Position numbers and translations under genes: made by a program. The notes under the pieces were generated by a model that was not told the origin of the DNA, searched no databases, and was given only the letters and a program-made list of their open reading frames with translations. From Eledone cirrhosa (lineage: Eukaryota), in assembly GCA_964016885.1 (NCBI GenBank), contig OZ024741.1:129890001-129954000 (forward strand): a DNA stretch of 64,000 bases, in the 5' to 3' direction. This document shows, piece by piece, positions 26,020 to 39,888 of the stretch. The first letter of the stretch is position 1. Each line of letters starts with the position of its first letter.

Positions 26020-26419
26020 AGTAAATAATCCTGGGTCTGGCAATTCACTAAAAGTTCATCAGGTGGGCTTCCAATTAGTTCACTCACATGCCATAGGTTG
26101 ACTCGGTTGACATGCCCAAGATACCATGCTATAGGTTTGAGCCCGCGACCTAATGATTGGGAAGCAAACTTCTTAACCATTCGGCCTACTGCGATCACAG
26201 TTGGATTTTTATCAATAACTAGTATCAGCGGTCATGTTGAATATATTTTCTTACACCCTCACTGTATCGCGATGACATTGTTGTTGTTAAAGTGTGTTAA
26301 CCTATAAATCAGATATAACCGACCGGAATCATGACCCATCCGTGACCATCCCGTCTTATTTCCATATGTAACATAACTAATGTATCCTTCTTTATTTAAA
26401 ACAGTATTCTGTCAAATTA

Positions 26420-26700
26420 AGCCACATAGCCTAGTAGCAAGTGTGTTGGACTTCTAATCATAATGTCGTGGGTTCGATTTCAGGACTATGTTATGTTGTG
26501 TTCTTGAGCAAAACTCTTCACTTCACGTTTCTCCAGTATACTCAGCGGAAATTGAGTACCAGCAATAACTGGGGATTTAACCCTGCAATGGACAGGAGTC
26601 CTGTCCATCGGGGAGTCATGTAATCTCAGTCGCTTCAAGCTATGAAAACTGGGATAATAACCGGCCTGATGAGCCCTCGGGTTCGGGACAGACATTAGAC
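26420..26700 (+). mobile_element. tRNA-derived SINE with CORE-like central domain
   Basis: A-box-like TAGCCTAGTAG, B-box GGTTCGATT, then gttgtgttcttgagcaaaactcttcacttcac (CORE-like). Minus-strand relatives lie at ~26100-26195, ~33270-33405 and ~42690-42820. Confidence 0.75.
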
Positions 26701-28026
26701 ATTCTGTAAAATGTAGCTGCTATTTCTAGTAGAATGTTCCCGCTGAAGTTATGTGGTAGTGAGACTAGAAACAGTTTAAAACATGATTATGTGTGTGGGC
26801 GGTTGGATGTACTGTCTGGGGAAAGTGAGATTGGTGGGTTTGGCGCAGTATGTAGAAGAGGGGAGTAAGGATAACTTATGGTGCAAAGGAGGCAAGGTAA
26901 GTGAAGAGAGATGAAACACATGGTGGTGGTGGTGGTAGCTGTGGTGGTGCTGGTAGTGGTGGTGGTGGTTGCAGCGATGGAAGTGGTGATGCTGGCTGCG
27001 GTAGGGGTCCTCAAACAAAAAGATTACTACAAAAATGCTGAAATGTTGCGTGAAAGCGAAAACTGAGCAACAGAAGAAGAAGAAGAAGAAGAAGAAGAAG
27101 AAGACAATGACGACGAAACTGATAAATGCTAAAACAAAATAGCGGAAAGATAATTGAAAATTGGGAAAACGTGTGCTTCTTGCAATATGGCTACTTAAAT
27201 ATCGTCTGCGTATTTTTTTTAGATGTCGTTTGTTTCATTCAAATAATCCTTTTAATAGTTTCCGGTACTTGTGTGTCATGGAGACCCAGGTGTAGACATA
27301 CAGCATCACAAACGCAACGGTTTGTAAGAATATATACAACGAACTACACTGCTGCAAACATACATATACATACATGCATAAATAAATATATACATACACA
27401 TATACATACATGCATACATATATTCATGCATGCATGCATACATACATATACATAGATACATGCATTCTTGCATACATACATACACACATACAAACATACG
27501 TGCATATATACATACATATATGCATACATGCTTACATACATTCAATCATATATACATACATACATATATGCATGCATACATATATGCATGCATACATACA
27601 TACATATACATAGATGCATGCATGTTTGCACACATACATATACATACACACATCCATATATGCATTCATACATAGATACAAACATACATACTTAAACACA
27701 CACACACATATATATATACATATATGCATGCTTGCATGCATAAGATACAATGCATATATCCATATACATAAATAAACGAGCGCGCGTTTAAACCTCTTCA
27801 TAAATAATATATTTAAGTGTATACATATGTGGTAGTGCACATTTGTGTGCCTGTATGTGTATATGTGTGTGTGTGTGGCTGCGTGCGCGCATTCATTTTT
27901 ATATTCATGAACATATTTATTTATTTTCATATTCAATAATTTATTAGAGAAGGTACATGTTTATTTCATATAGATAATTTCAAACGAATGAAATAGTTCT
28001 AGTCACGTAGAAATCATTTAAATATG

Positions 28027-28070
<44 letters not shown>

Positions 28071-28189
28071 ATATATATATATATTGATATATATATATAT
28101 ATTTTATAGTTGAGACAATAAACAAAAAACAGAAAAACAACGTGGAAGCGAAGAGGCAGTACAAATGTTAATATTAGTTTCACGCTTGA

Positions 28190-28911
28190 GAGTAGAGGGT
28201 GGGGAACGACGTTTCGGGCATAAGCCCTTCATCAGGAGAAAAGCGGGCAGGAAAAGAGTTCCAAGTGTGTGAGGGGGAGTGGTGGTAAGACATTAAAAAA
28301 GAGGGGGGGGGGTGAGAGAAAAGGGAGAAAAAACAAATCTTTTTAGAGGGTAAAAAAAATTAAAATGAAACAAGTGGTGAAAGGGTGTGAGGCGTGTAGG
28401 GTTCGTGGTGGGTGGAGGGGGCGGAGACGAGAGAGGGGGACTGGAGGTCCTAGCGGGGAGGGCTGAAGGTGGTGTGTGTGTATGTGTGTAGGTGTACGTG
28501 TGTGTATGTGTGTGTGGATGTGAATGTGAGAGTTGGGGGAAGAACGAGGTTCCATGTTCGGGTAATAGGGAAACTAGTGTGTACATGGAGTGGGGTGAAA
28601 GACGGTGTGTGTGTGCGTGTGGATGGAGAGGGTTCAGATGGGGTGGGGGCGTGTGGAGTCCGGAGGTTGAGTGTGTGTATGTGAGAATACGCACGTGTGC
28701 GTGTGAGTGTGTGTGTATGTATTTGTGTGGTATGGGTGTATGGTTGCGTGGTGCGAAAATAGTGTAAGTGTTTGTGTGTGTTCCTGGATGTTTTTTCACG
28801 GACTATAAGACCGGATGTTGAAGATTCCGGGTGTAGCAGGGTCGATGGCTGAAGTGGTGGACCGGAGGTGTAAAATCTTGGTATGGTAGTGAGGAAGTGG
28901 AGAGTTGTGGG

Positions 28912-28915
<4 letters not shown>
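28190..28915 (-). mobile_element. Penelope-like element 3' terminal remnant with a hammerhead core
   Basis: Minus strand reads CTGATGA-AGGGC-TTAT-GCCC-GAAA-CG-TC at 28208-28235. Stem I is not evident and the boundaries are approximate. Confidence 0.5.
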
Positions 28916-29010
<95 letters not shown>

Positions 29011-29029
29011 TTCATATATATATATATCT

Positions 29030-29089
<60 letters not shown>

Positions 29090-29099
29090 AGTAGTATAG

Positions 29100-29315
29100 T
29101 TAATAATGGTTTCTGATTTAGACACAGTGCCAACAATTTTGGAGAGGAAAGTCGATTAAATCGACCTCAGTGGGTGATTGGTCCTTTATTTTATCAACCC
29201 CGTCTTGATGAAAGGCAAAGCTAACCCCGGTGAGATTTAAACTCAGAACGTAAAGGGTCGAAACTTCATGCCGCGAAGCAGTCTGTCCGACACTTTACCG
29301 ATTCTACCAATCCCC
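29100..29315 (-). mobile_element. tRNA-derived SINE (Meta-domain-like family)
   Basis: Reverse complement of the family seen at 32303, 32828 and 48163 (gagttcaaatcccgccgaggttaactttgcctttcatcc…gataaaataaagtaccag). Confidence 0.8.
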
Positions 29316-29399
29316 CTTCCTTTAGTATATTTAATAATACAAATCATTGTGAGATTATTAATAAACGACTGATAAATTTCAAAAATCCGGTACAGTGCA

Positions 29400-29890
29400 G
29401 TAGAAATATAAAAAGGGCAAAGGATAAATAAAATAAATGAAGGTTTTACTCAAAATATTTCAGCGTGATATTTCAAGGCTAAACAATCTTCAAATTTATA
29501 AAGGAAACGGTTCAAAACAAAAACGATGTGTTCTTCCCTAACAGGTCTACGTGTCTGAAATACACATGCGCAGAGCCGTTACAGTAGCCAATCTTACCCA
29601 TGCATTATATTCTACTATTTATCTGTGGCTTTTTCTTGTAATGGCCTCTTTGAAGCTTAAATTTCCCACATTCCTTTCCGTTGCCTGTATGGTGACCTCA
29701 ATGTCTCGGTTGCGGCATCTGTCAAGATATTTTTTTGACAGAACAAACTCTCGTCGTCATGTATTCCTTGATCTAAATGTGCATCATCTTGCGGTACTTC
29801 CGATATAGAGGAGCTACATTTTTGCATATGAACTTGTAGACCACATCACATTCATATACACTTCTGTGATGCTGATAGGACAATTAGGAA
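29400..29890 (-). mobile_element. Degenerate PLE GIY-YIG endonuclease remnant and 3' region
   Basis: Minus-strand translation across frameshifts gives VVYKFIC…YIGSTAR…KEY…KEAI…INSRE. Confidence 0.6.
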
Positions 29891-29914
29891 GTGTGCATAT
29901 ATATATACATATAC

Positions 29915-30776
29915 ACTAGGTGCAGTAGCCGGTAAAATCTGCGAAAGGTGGTGTTACTCGCAGTTCCCAGAGTGCGCTAGAAAATGCAAGCGACCCTGGA
30001 TGCCCATACTGGATTTTCAATAGTAACTTCTGCTAGGTGTGTTTATGGCAGAACAATGTTTTGTGTGGAACTATCAATAGCTGTTTCAGTCATAATTCCT
30101 TCTTCCACCCAGCTTTCTTCATTCAGAGTGAATAAGCCGGGGAAGTTTGAGCTCGAAGAGAATCGAACTCATTCAACAAACTTATGTATAAGGATAGCAA
30201 ACTTACTACCTTAGCGCTCAAGAACAAGCACAGAACAATTGAGGAAGTCATCGCAATTATTGAAGAAATTATAACCGAGTCAACATATTCAGGTACTGTT
30301 CAAGCACTCTGAATATCACCATTTGTAAAGCCCTTCGAATGACTGAAACAATTCAATAAAACCCTCCCATTTTCCCCCTATAGTACACATAATCTGAGAA
30401 AACACACCATAATAAGTCGGACAAACAATCAAGTGTTAGGCCTAAAGAGGACCTTGTAACGTTCACTGTTGCAAAGTGTCAATAGTGGGGGAGAAGTTAC
30501 ATCTTCTTAATTCGTGTTAATCTTCCCACAACCCGACTCCTCGAAATATCGACAAAATAAACTCTACTCTCAAAGACGGCATGTTACAATTAACACGCCG
30601 GGAGTACGAATATTCGTCAGCATACGATTTGGGTTTTATTCTTCGGACTAATCTCATGGTAAGCCAACTTCCAGGTCATTGATCATCACACTTTTTTGTA
30701 ACTTATCACGGATTCCTGCAGTTGACCTTAATGTGAGCTAAGCATGTGCACGTGTTCAGAATACATATCAGTGTAT

Positions 30777-30838
<62 letters not shown>

Positions 30839-31220
30839 CAGAGTCATCTGTTCAGTCGTCAACCAAAATTAGGTTGTCGTTGCTTTGTTTGAAATTTCTT
30901 TGTATATTTCTAATAAGTTGTTGCCTCGTTTTGGAGGACTGAGTCGTGGGAGCTGGAAAGAGAGTAGTGGGAGGCAATTTTAACATACAGTAGTAGTATC
31001 TCCTCTTCCCCCTCTCTCACTGAAACGTCTTCTCTTTCATCCTCCATTGTAAAGATGTCCCCAGGGCTTCCATTATTGATTTTTATTGAAATCTAAATAG
31101 CCATGTCCTGTTTCTGAATATTGGCTTAACATATGTGTAAAGTTTCATCGGGATCGGATCACTGGTGTAGGCGCCAACTGGTTACACACAGATACACAGA
31201 AATTGCCATTTATATATATA
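29915..31220 (+). mobile_element. Candidate Helentron-associated non-autonomous element (HINE/DINE-1-like)
   Basis: Starts ACTAG…GCCGG after TA repeats. Ends with aaagtttcatcgggatcgg…acacagatacacagaaattgccatttatatata, resembling HINE 3' ends. Recognised by pattern only. Confidence 0.35.
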
Positions 31221-31593
31221 TGGCTTCTACAGGACTTGAAGTGTTTCGAATGAACCAGTTACAGTCCTGTAGAAGCGATTTCTATATTAAATATTATGTT
31301 TACAATCTTCCTTGTTAAAAAAGATGAAAAAAACTTACCTCTTAATTTTAAATCTTTAATTTTTACTTTTTAATTCTTATCAATTCTTTTTAATTGTAGT
31401 ACTAAACATTTGAGAAGATGAATTTTAATAATACATCGAAAACGGTTATACTTTATATATATTATAAAACTCTTTTTTAAAAGAATTGTCCCTCTCATTT
31501 TCTCAATAATGTCACTTTGACGAATCAAAGAAAGGAAAAAAAAGAAATACAAACAAATATATTTTCCGTGCTATTTCCAACTTCACCTTTTCT

Positions 31594-31659
<66 letters not shown>

Positions 31660-32302
31660 TCTTTCTCTCTCTCTTATTATATATATATAGTAGAAAATGC
31701 TAATAGTAGAAAATGCTAATAGAATTTTCTTATAGAAATACAGAAAAAAATATTTTTTAAAACAATTTTTAGTACCGGTTTCAGTCAGTAAATATTTCGC
31801 TTCTTCGTGCTAGAAAAAAGATATGATAAAAATATATAATAAAGTTAATGTGTATAGTAATTAGAAGAAAATATTAGAGAACAGTTTACATATATATATA
31901 AATTCACATTTTCTTTATATCTTTCTCTCTTTCTAGGAGGTGTGGTGGTAGTAGCAGCCCAAATAGTAGAAGTGGGGTTGTCCCGTGTCACTGTCTGACT
32001 GGCTGGTGACTTCAATGGCAGTAGTATGAATAGAGGGAGGAGGAGAAGAAGAAGAAGAAGAAGCAGAAGAAGAAGAAGAAGAAGAAGAAAAAGAAGAAAA
32101 AGAAGAAGAAGAAAAAGAAGAAAAAAAAAGAAGAAGAAGAAGAAGAAGAAGGTGTAGTAGTAACAATAGGAGTATAGTTAAGGAGGAGGCAAAGCAGACG
32201 AATGAGGGGAATGAGAGGTAGAAGGAGACGACGGGGAGGTGTGGTAGTAATATTATTATTATTAGTAGTAGCATTATTGATTCATTACTGATCCAATCCA
32301 AA

Positions 32303-32505
32303 GGAGGGTGGATTGGCAGTATCGGTAGAGGGTCAGACTCCATGCTTTGCAGCAAAGAGTTATGGCCCTTTATGGTCTCAGTTAAAATCCCGCCGAGGTT
32401 AACTTTGCCTTTCATCCTTACGGGGTTGATAAAATAAAGTACCAGTAATGCACTGGGATAATTGCTGGCCTTGTGCCAAAAGTAGAAACAATTATTATTA
32501 TTAGT
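32303..32505 (+). mobile_element. tRNA-derived SINE (Meta-domain-like family)
   Basis: TGGCAGTATCGG A-box, degenerate B-box, conserved central domain and (TTA)n tail; near-identical to 32828-33014. Confidence 0.85.
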
Positions 32506-32569
32506 AGTAGAAGCTGTCTGTGGAACTAACCTTAATCGTACACTAAAATTGACCTGAAGTATTAATTTT

Positions 32570-32748
<179 letters not shown>

Positions 32749-32827
32749 AAGTTGGAAATAGCACAGGAAATATATTTAAGGGTCTGTTTTTCTTTTTTGA
32801 TTCGTCAAAGTGACATTATTGAAAAGA

Positions 32828-33014
32828 GCGCGGTGAATTGGCAGTATCGGTAGAGGGTTGGACGCCATGCTTTGACGCATAGAGTTACGGCCCTTGCCAT
32901 TCTGAGTTCAAATCCCGCCGAGGTTAACTTTGCCTTTCATCCTTATGGGGTCGATAAAATAAAGTACCAGTAATGTACTGGATAATTGCTGGCCTTGTGC
33001 GAAAAGTAGAAACA
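32828..33014 (+). mobile_element. tRNA-derived SINE with 13-bp target-site duplication
   Basis: A and B boxes (GAGTTCAAATCC). TSD attattgaaaaga at 32815-32827 and 33015-33027. Confidence 0.9.
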
Positions 33015-33427
33015 ATTATTGAAAAGATAGTGTTATTAAAAAATGAGAGTGACTATTCTTTTAAAAAAAAATTGTTATGATGTATATAAAGTATATGAAG
33101 AATTACCGGTTTTATATCCACTGTTTTGTATAGAATCCTTACTTCCCTTTTCTAATATATATATATATATATATATTTTTTTTTTTTTCGATCGACTTTC
33201 GTCAAATCGGACCAGGGAAACAATGTTTCCATTGGTCTTTCCAATTGCTGATACTATCTATCGGTCGCAACTCCAGGTAGAAGGAGCAATGTGAAATAAA
33301 GTGTCTTGCTCAAGGACATAACGCATCACCCGATCCGGGAATCGAACTCATAACCTCACGATTGTGAACCCAATTCTCTAACCAACTCAGCATACGCCTT
33401 CACTTATATATATATATATATATATAT

Positions 33428-33597
33428 TACGAAGGAAATGTGGTAAGGAACCAGGTGGACCATAACGCACCAAAGTACTCAATACTTAGGGTAGTCGAGT
33501 GGGTAATTTTTATTTTTATTTTTTTACTTTTTTAAATTTTTAGTCCAGAATTAGCCGTCGAGACGGCTTGAGCTCAGCCGTCGGGGTCCTACTCATT

Positions 33598-33600
<3 letters not shown>
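33428..33600. mobile_element. Short two-part inverted terminus of the family at 38238-38927
   Basis: 33428-33508 is the reverse complement of 38848-38927, and 33540-33600 matches 38787-38848 directly. (TA)n on both sides. Confidence 0.75.
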
Positions 33601-33649
<49 letters not shown>

Positions 33650-33652
<3 letters not shown>

Positions 33653-34290
33653 GTAAAAAGGAAAAAAAACAGTTGAAGGGATTTTCTATCAGAATAACAG
33701 CAAAACATTTATTTACAAAATAGGAATACCCGCATTATTCGTACCGGTTTCAGCTTATAGGCTTCTTCATGCGACGGAAGTGCGTAATGCAATTAAATTG
33801 CATATTAATAAGAATATGGGAAACGATTTTTCTACATACAGATATATATATAGAAAAGGTCACATTTTTGTCTGGAGTTTTCCGTCTCTCTCTCTCTTGG
33901 TGTTGACCTTAGCTGTGTCACCATTAATAGTGAAAGTAGCAGTGAAGAATCAGTTCGTTCAGTTTACGCTGTTGACCTGTTACTTCCACTATTAATGGTG
34001 ACACAGCTAAGGTCAACACCAAGAAAGAAAGACGGAAAACTACAGACAAAAATGTGACCTTTTCTCTCTATATATGTATGTAAAAAATGTAATGTTTTCC
34101 CATATTCATTACACACTTCCGTCGTATGAAAAAGCCTATAAGCTGAAACCGGTACGAATAATGCGGAAATTCCTATTTTGTAAATAAATGTTTTGCTGTT
34201 ATTCTGAGAGAAAAAAAAATCCCTTTAGCGTTTTATACGTTTTTTTTTCTTTTTTACTATATCAACTTGTGTGTCACTTCTCTACATTCT
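33650..34290. mobile_element. Foldback (inverted) PLE-type termini in (TA)n, with a variant hammerhead motif
   Basis: Diverged ~280-bp arms (33650-33940 vs 33980-34260). The arms carry ATGAAGA-AGC-CTATAA-GCT-GAAA-CCGG-TA. Confidence 0.7.
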
Positions 34291-34418
34291 AAATATATAT
34301 ATATATAATATTATTCAAAATGTTAATAAATGAAAAATATTCTCATAATCAAAATATATATTTTATTATACATATTTCAAAGGTACAATGGTGTTTAAGT
34401 ACGTTTTCATCAGACAAA

Positions 34419-34526
34419 ATATATGATTTGAAAGGTGACATACCGCTACGGTTTTGACTATTCAATTCCAATACTGGAATTGAATAATCAAAACCGTAGC
34501 GGTATGTCACATATCAAATCATATAT
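34419..34526. repeat. Near-perfect hairpin (36-bp stem, 4-nt loop, extendable)
   Basis: GTGACATACCGCTACGGTTTTGACTATTCAATTCCA-ATAC-TGGAATTGAATAATCAAAACCGTAGCGGTATGTCAC (34435-34510, one mismatch), plus outer arms atatatgatttga/tcaaatcatatat. Confidence 0.9.
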
Positions 34527-35158
34527 GGGAAGAAGAAGAAGAAGAAGCAGAAGAAGCAGAAGAAGAAGAAGAAGAAGAAGAAGAAGAAGAAGAAGAAGAA
34601 GAAGAAGAAGAAGAAGAAGAAGACGACGACGACGACGACGACGACGATGATGATGATGATGGTATCGACATCAGTAGTTATTTTGTTCATATATATGAGA
34701 ATTTATTACTTCGGTAGAATGCTTCCCTGTCTCGTCGAGACTGAACTACGTTGGATAATATTGAATGAACACCTGATGATGCATTTCGCACCTCGTGGTG
34801 CATTTACCTGTGGTCCCAGAAACCTACCGAAGATTTTTATCGATTTCTATCGATTCTTCTCTATTCTTCTAAAACAACATGAGCGCTGTTGATAAAGTTA
34901 AGGGTCGAAATCCTTGCTTGAGCGGGGTTATCTTCTCTGAAGACCTTCTGCTGTCCATCTCTCGTGATAGTTCCTTATCGCTTTAATAGAAAACAAAAAC
35001 AAAAAAAAGCAAGAAAATGCAAGACGAGAGATGGATAAAATCTTCTTGTGAGCAGCAACCAATAAACTACTTGGGAGTATCCCAGTGAACTTTTATATAT
35101 ATTATCAACCGAACACATCAGTACCCAGTGCCGGTTGTATAAATACATGTGATCTTGG

Positions 35159-35340
35159 TTGGTTTGTAAGTATCGTGACTTGCTAGACGACGTCAGGACA
35201 CGTGCATTGAATGTAGTAGCCATCTGCGAGCCAGAATTTCCAGGACACACTTTTGCACTCGTTCTCGACAACTACGACGTCTATTATCAGCGGTTTGGGG
35301 GATATCCTAGGTCCGAAATATCTCCCACGACCTGGAAGGA
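35159..35340 (+). mobile_element. Highly degenerate Tx1-like endonuclease N-terminal remnant
   Basis: LLDDVRTRALNVVAICE…LDNYDVY aligns with LLNDLRSLSMDVVAICE…FDDFEIY of the 61.3-kb copy. Confidence 0.45.
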
Positions 35341-35429
35341 AACTCGGAGATTTGGGTGTGAGGAACATCAAAAGTGATAGCTTCAGATTAAGGGGCTTGA
35401 TAACCATTTGAACATTGGGTTGCTCGATT

Positions 35430-35970
35430 GGATTTAAACAATAACAATACCGTTTACCACCATTATTACCTCGTTACCAGCCCACTATTATCAACACTAT
35501 TACTAACACCACCACCGCCATTAACACCAGCCCCAACAACAACACAACCACCATCACCAACACCATCCCCAACACCATCAACAACACCATCACCATCACC
35601 ACCATCACCAGCACCGCCAGCACTACCAGCACTACCAGCACCACAAGCACCATCAGCACCAGCCCCAACACCAACACCACCACCATTACCATCACCACCA
35701 TCACCAGCACCGCCAGTACCACCATCACCAGCACCGCCAGCACTACCAGCACCACAAGCACCACCAGCACCACAAGCACCATCAGCACCAGCACCAACAC
35801 CACCATCATCACCATCAACATCACCACTGCCACCACTTCAACTATCACAACAACCACCATCACAATCATAACCACCACAACCACTGCATCAAGCACAACC
35901 AAAATCATTATTATCAACTCAAATACCACCACCAACATCAACAGCAACAACAACAACCATTCATCCAGCC
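35430..35970. repeat. Degenerate (CAC/CAG/CAA/CAT)n low-complexity tract
   Basis: Directly visible; same repeat class as the 1-9185 array, on the opposite strand. Confidence 0.85.
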
Positions 35971-36350
35971 TACGTCCACACCCCACCCTCCCATAAAATC
36001 TTATGAAGGAAGAAATATCTAGAAAAGGTGTCGATGACTGAGGAAAGGGGGAAGGGGGAGGAGACAGATAAAGCAGAGAGGGCTGCTGATAGGGAGGTGA
36101 TAGGGGAAGGTGGGAGGAACAATAAGATTGCTCGTATTTGGAAGTCGTCAAAGAATGAAACCTCCTTCTCCCCCTCTAAAACCAATCAAACACAGATAGA
36201 AAATGATATAAAATACAAGGAAAAAAGGAGAGAGAGGAGAGGAAGAGGAAAGGGTGGAAGACGGGGATAAGAGAGGAGAAGAGAGGAGGGAAATATGAAA
36301 CTATAAAACAATGAAGTACAGAAATGTAATGTATATATATATATATAAAT

Positions 36351-36435
<85 letters not shown>

Positions 36436-36487
36436 TATATATATATATATATGTGTGTATATATATATATAGCACACACACATATAT

Positions 36488-36546
<59 letters not shown>

Positions 36547-36569
36547 TATGTATGTATATCTAACTATAT

Positions 36570-36656
<87 letters not shown>

Positions 36657-36881
36657 TGTGTGTGTGTATGAAGGAGGTAGAGAGCGAAAGAGGAGGAGGT
36701 AAAATGGAGAGCAGGGTGTGGAAATTGTTGAGGAGTTTTATGCAAATAATATAAGATTCTCTTTTTAGCTGTAGCCTGAAGATGTTGACTAGACAAGACA
36801 TGACCTGTAAATGTTGACTGGGATTGCTTCATATATCCAACCATTGGATGATGAGCTCCTCGTTACTCACTGAATCTGGTG

Positions 36882-36955
<74 letters not shown>

Positions 36956-38237
36956 TATACACACACATACATACATATATATATATATATGTGTGTGTGT
37001 GCATATATATATATATATGTATGCATATATATAAATATATATATATATATGATATATGTAAACATATACATACATATTTATATAAATACATAAATATGTA
37101 TATAAAAGATCCCATAACTCTCCATATATATATATATAGGCAATTTCGGCTTGTAAACATAAATTGCACAAAACTTTCCTGTATTACAGCCCCACGTTAT
37201 ACCCTAAAGGATAGTACGATCTATACGCGGATATTTTACGTCTTGATGTGGTAGCTAAGTATATGTTTTGTTTATACCTTTACTTATTTGCATAGGTAAG
37301 TTTATATTACCTGTATGTTTTGTGAAGGTACGTATACCTTCTTGTACGTATATTTGATTGTATATGTTATGGCGTATAATTTTATATATTCTGGTACATA
37401 TGGTTTGGTTATATGTATGGGAGTTTTGCGTCTGTGTGAGTATGCAGGTTCGTACGTATGTAGGGTGTGTGTATATGTGTACTTCATGTTTTGGTTGACT
37501 TACGTCTCCGAACATTTGTGTATTTACATGTAGGTATGCGCGTGCGCTTGTTATATACGTATTTATTTATTTATATACGTTTATTTAATTATTTATTTAT
37601 TTGTATACACGCATACACACACACACATATTTATATGTGCGTGGTTTTGTATACTTATGGTAAGTGTTTTCGCGTATGCTTGTGTATGTACGTATTTGTA
37701 TGCGTGTATGTATTTATTTAATTTCTATTACCTCTGTATTGTATTTATTTACTTTGTTCTTAACTCTGAAGCGGAGATTCATTCGGTCTCCTAGTTAGAA
37801 TTTTAGTCTACGACTTCTGCTATACCATTTACGTGGTTTTGTCTTTGCGTGCTATTGTTCTCCACGCTCCACATATGACGTATTATCTTCGTTTTTTTCG
37901 TTCATTGCCAGAGAACGTCTCTATGCACCACCTAAGAGAACATTAGTCTATGACCTCTTTTATACCATAAACGTGGTTCTGTCTTTGCGCGTAATTGTTT
38001 TTCACCGCTCCTATTAATGATGTATTATATTCGTTTTTTCCCGTTCTTTGCCAGGGAACGTTTCCACGAACCAAAGTATCGTCTTCCTGTCTTCCTCCGG
38101 TTGCAACGTTTTTTGAAATATCCACTTCTGCGTTTACAGATTGACTTTGTTAGTTTCAGAAGATCCCGTTAAGGGTGAAAGCAGCGATTCTTTGCTTAAA
38201 CTTTAATCTGTTATTTTAATAAATATATATATATATA

Positions 38238-38925
38238 TAGGAACGAGTAGGACCCCGACGGCTGAGCTCAAACCGTTTCGACGGCTAATTCTGGACTAAA
38301 TGAAAATTTTTATCCTGGTATTTGAATAGCCGAGCTTCTCAGGGGGTAATTCCATATATGGTAAAAGTGATTGTCACAAGGATTGGTCAAAAGTTTGTTG
38401 TTGAGACATAATAATTCTATCATGGCAATTTGTGGAGGGAAGGGGTTTTCGTGGTAGTTTTTAACACTCCCGGTATTTTTCTATATATTTACCCCATATT
38501 GTTTTACTTATTGTTTCGACCCCCCCCCCCCCCCCCTAGTATCTTCTTTGACCTCCTGCCCAGCCGTAGTTGGCACTATCAACGCACGACTGGGTTTCCT
38601 CCACCCCTCTCCCTCTTTCTTCTACTGGCAGGTTCAGCTACCCCTTCCCTCCACAAATTGCCATGATATAATTATTATGTCTCAACAACAAACTTTTGAC
38701 CAATCCTTGTGACAATCACTTTTACCATATATGGAATTACCCCCTGAGAAGCTCGGCTATTCAAATATCAGGATAAAAATTTTCATTTAGTCCAGAATTA
38801 GCCGTCGAAACGGCTTGAGCTCAGCCGTCGGGGTCCTACTCGTTCCTATTACCCACTCTACTACCCTAAGTATTGAGTACTTTGGTGCGTTATGGTCCAC
38901 CTGGTTCCTTACCACATTTCCTTCG

Positions 38926-38927
<2 letters not shown>
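38238..38927. mobile_element. Foldback element: ~208-bp inverted arms, ~195-bp spacer and a one-sided ~80-bp extension, in (TA)n
   Basis: 38238-38445 vs 38641-38848 are near-identical inverted copies. Extension at 38849-38927. The architecture is typical of PLE inverted pseudo-LTR insertions. Confidence 0.75.
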
Positions 38928-38980
<53 letters not shown>

Positions 38981-38982
<2 letters not shown>

Positions 38983-39290
38983 AGGAGCAGATATTGCAAT
39001 AGCCTGGGGTTCAAAGGCCCTCAACTCTTCAACAAGCTGCCAAGAAATTTGAGATATCTGCATGGTGTGGACGTGGATGTTTTCAAGAAACATCTTTACA
39101 GTCAGCTATCCAAAATCCCGGAATAGCCCACAACATGTTAGCCTAAGCGCATCAGCAACTAATTCCCTCTTACACCAATGGCCAGCCAACACAGGCTGGA
39201 GATAGAACGTGTAGCAACAGCGGTGGTGCCCAAGCATGGCCTCAGTCGGATGGTTGGAACAGGTAAAAGAGTAAAGAGCAAAAGAGTACA
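38981..39290 (+). mobile_element. CR1/L2-group LINE 3' end
   Basis: YCNSLGFKGPQLFNKLPRNLR…VDVFKKHL…LSKIPE C-terminal motif. The tail has a reverse-oriented relative at ~40220-40290. Confidence 0.65.
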
Positions 39291-39312
39291 TGTATGTATA
39301 TATATATATTCT

Positions 39313-39849
39313 ATGTCGGGTCACTCTTGAGTGCTACTGGTAACATGTAACCCAGTACAACCTATCGCATGGTCGGGTCGTCGGCGACTAAACCGGCAAC
39401 CCCACCGAGTTTACTTGGTAAGGAGGGTGATTTTGGACACCCTGCAGGACAAAAATCAAAACCTGACAAAGGGCGGAAGAACCCTTAAGAGTCAACGGCC
39501 ATACGAAAGTGTGTAAATATGTACATACACATGTACCGCGCGGTTAAACGACTGGGAGTGAAGGACCCCTAGCCTTTGTCAGGGCAATCTTCTAGGAGAA
39601 GGCAACTCAGGAAACTGGGATAATTCCGATATAAAACCTGTGGCTCAGTAGTTACCGATGATGTTGATCTTTACTTCATTTCGGGTTATAACTACTGTCG
39701 CTCAGAGAGTGGGATTGGCTCAGTGCACAGTCTTTCCTCACTTAAAAAAATATCTTCATGCACAGGCATTGCACGATAGAATTAATTAATAATTATTAAT
39801 AATGATATATCGTGCAACGGCCATACTCGATAACGAGGGGGCAGCCATC

Positions 39850-39852
<3 letters not shown>
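39313..39852 (+). mobile_element. Non-coding interspersed repeat, copy 2
   Basis: Matches 16072-16701 in inverted orientation; flanked by (TA)n; several internal hairpins. Confidence 0.8.

Positions 39853-39888
<36 letters not shown>

Noticed and set aside
26660-26695. CTGATGA motif in a SINE tail; also a truncated CTGATGA at ~47062
   Set aside because: No correctly placed stem II-GAAA-UH, so not called as hammerheads.
29028-29091. cttga-(TA)n-tcaag micro-palindrome
   Set aside because: Fits the (TA)n foldback pattern, but 5 bp is too short to exclude chance.
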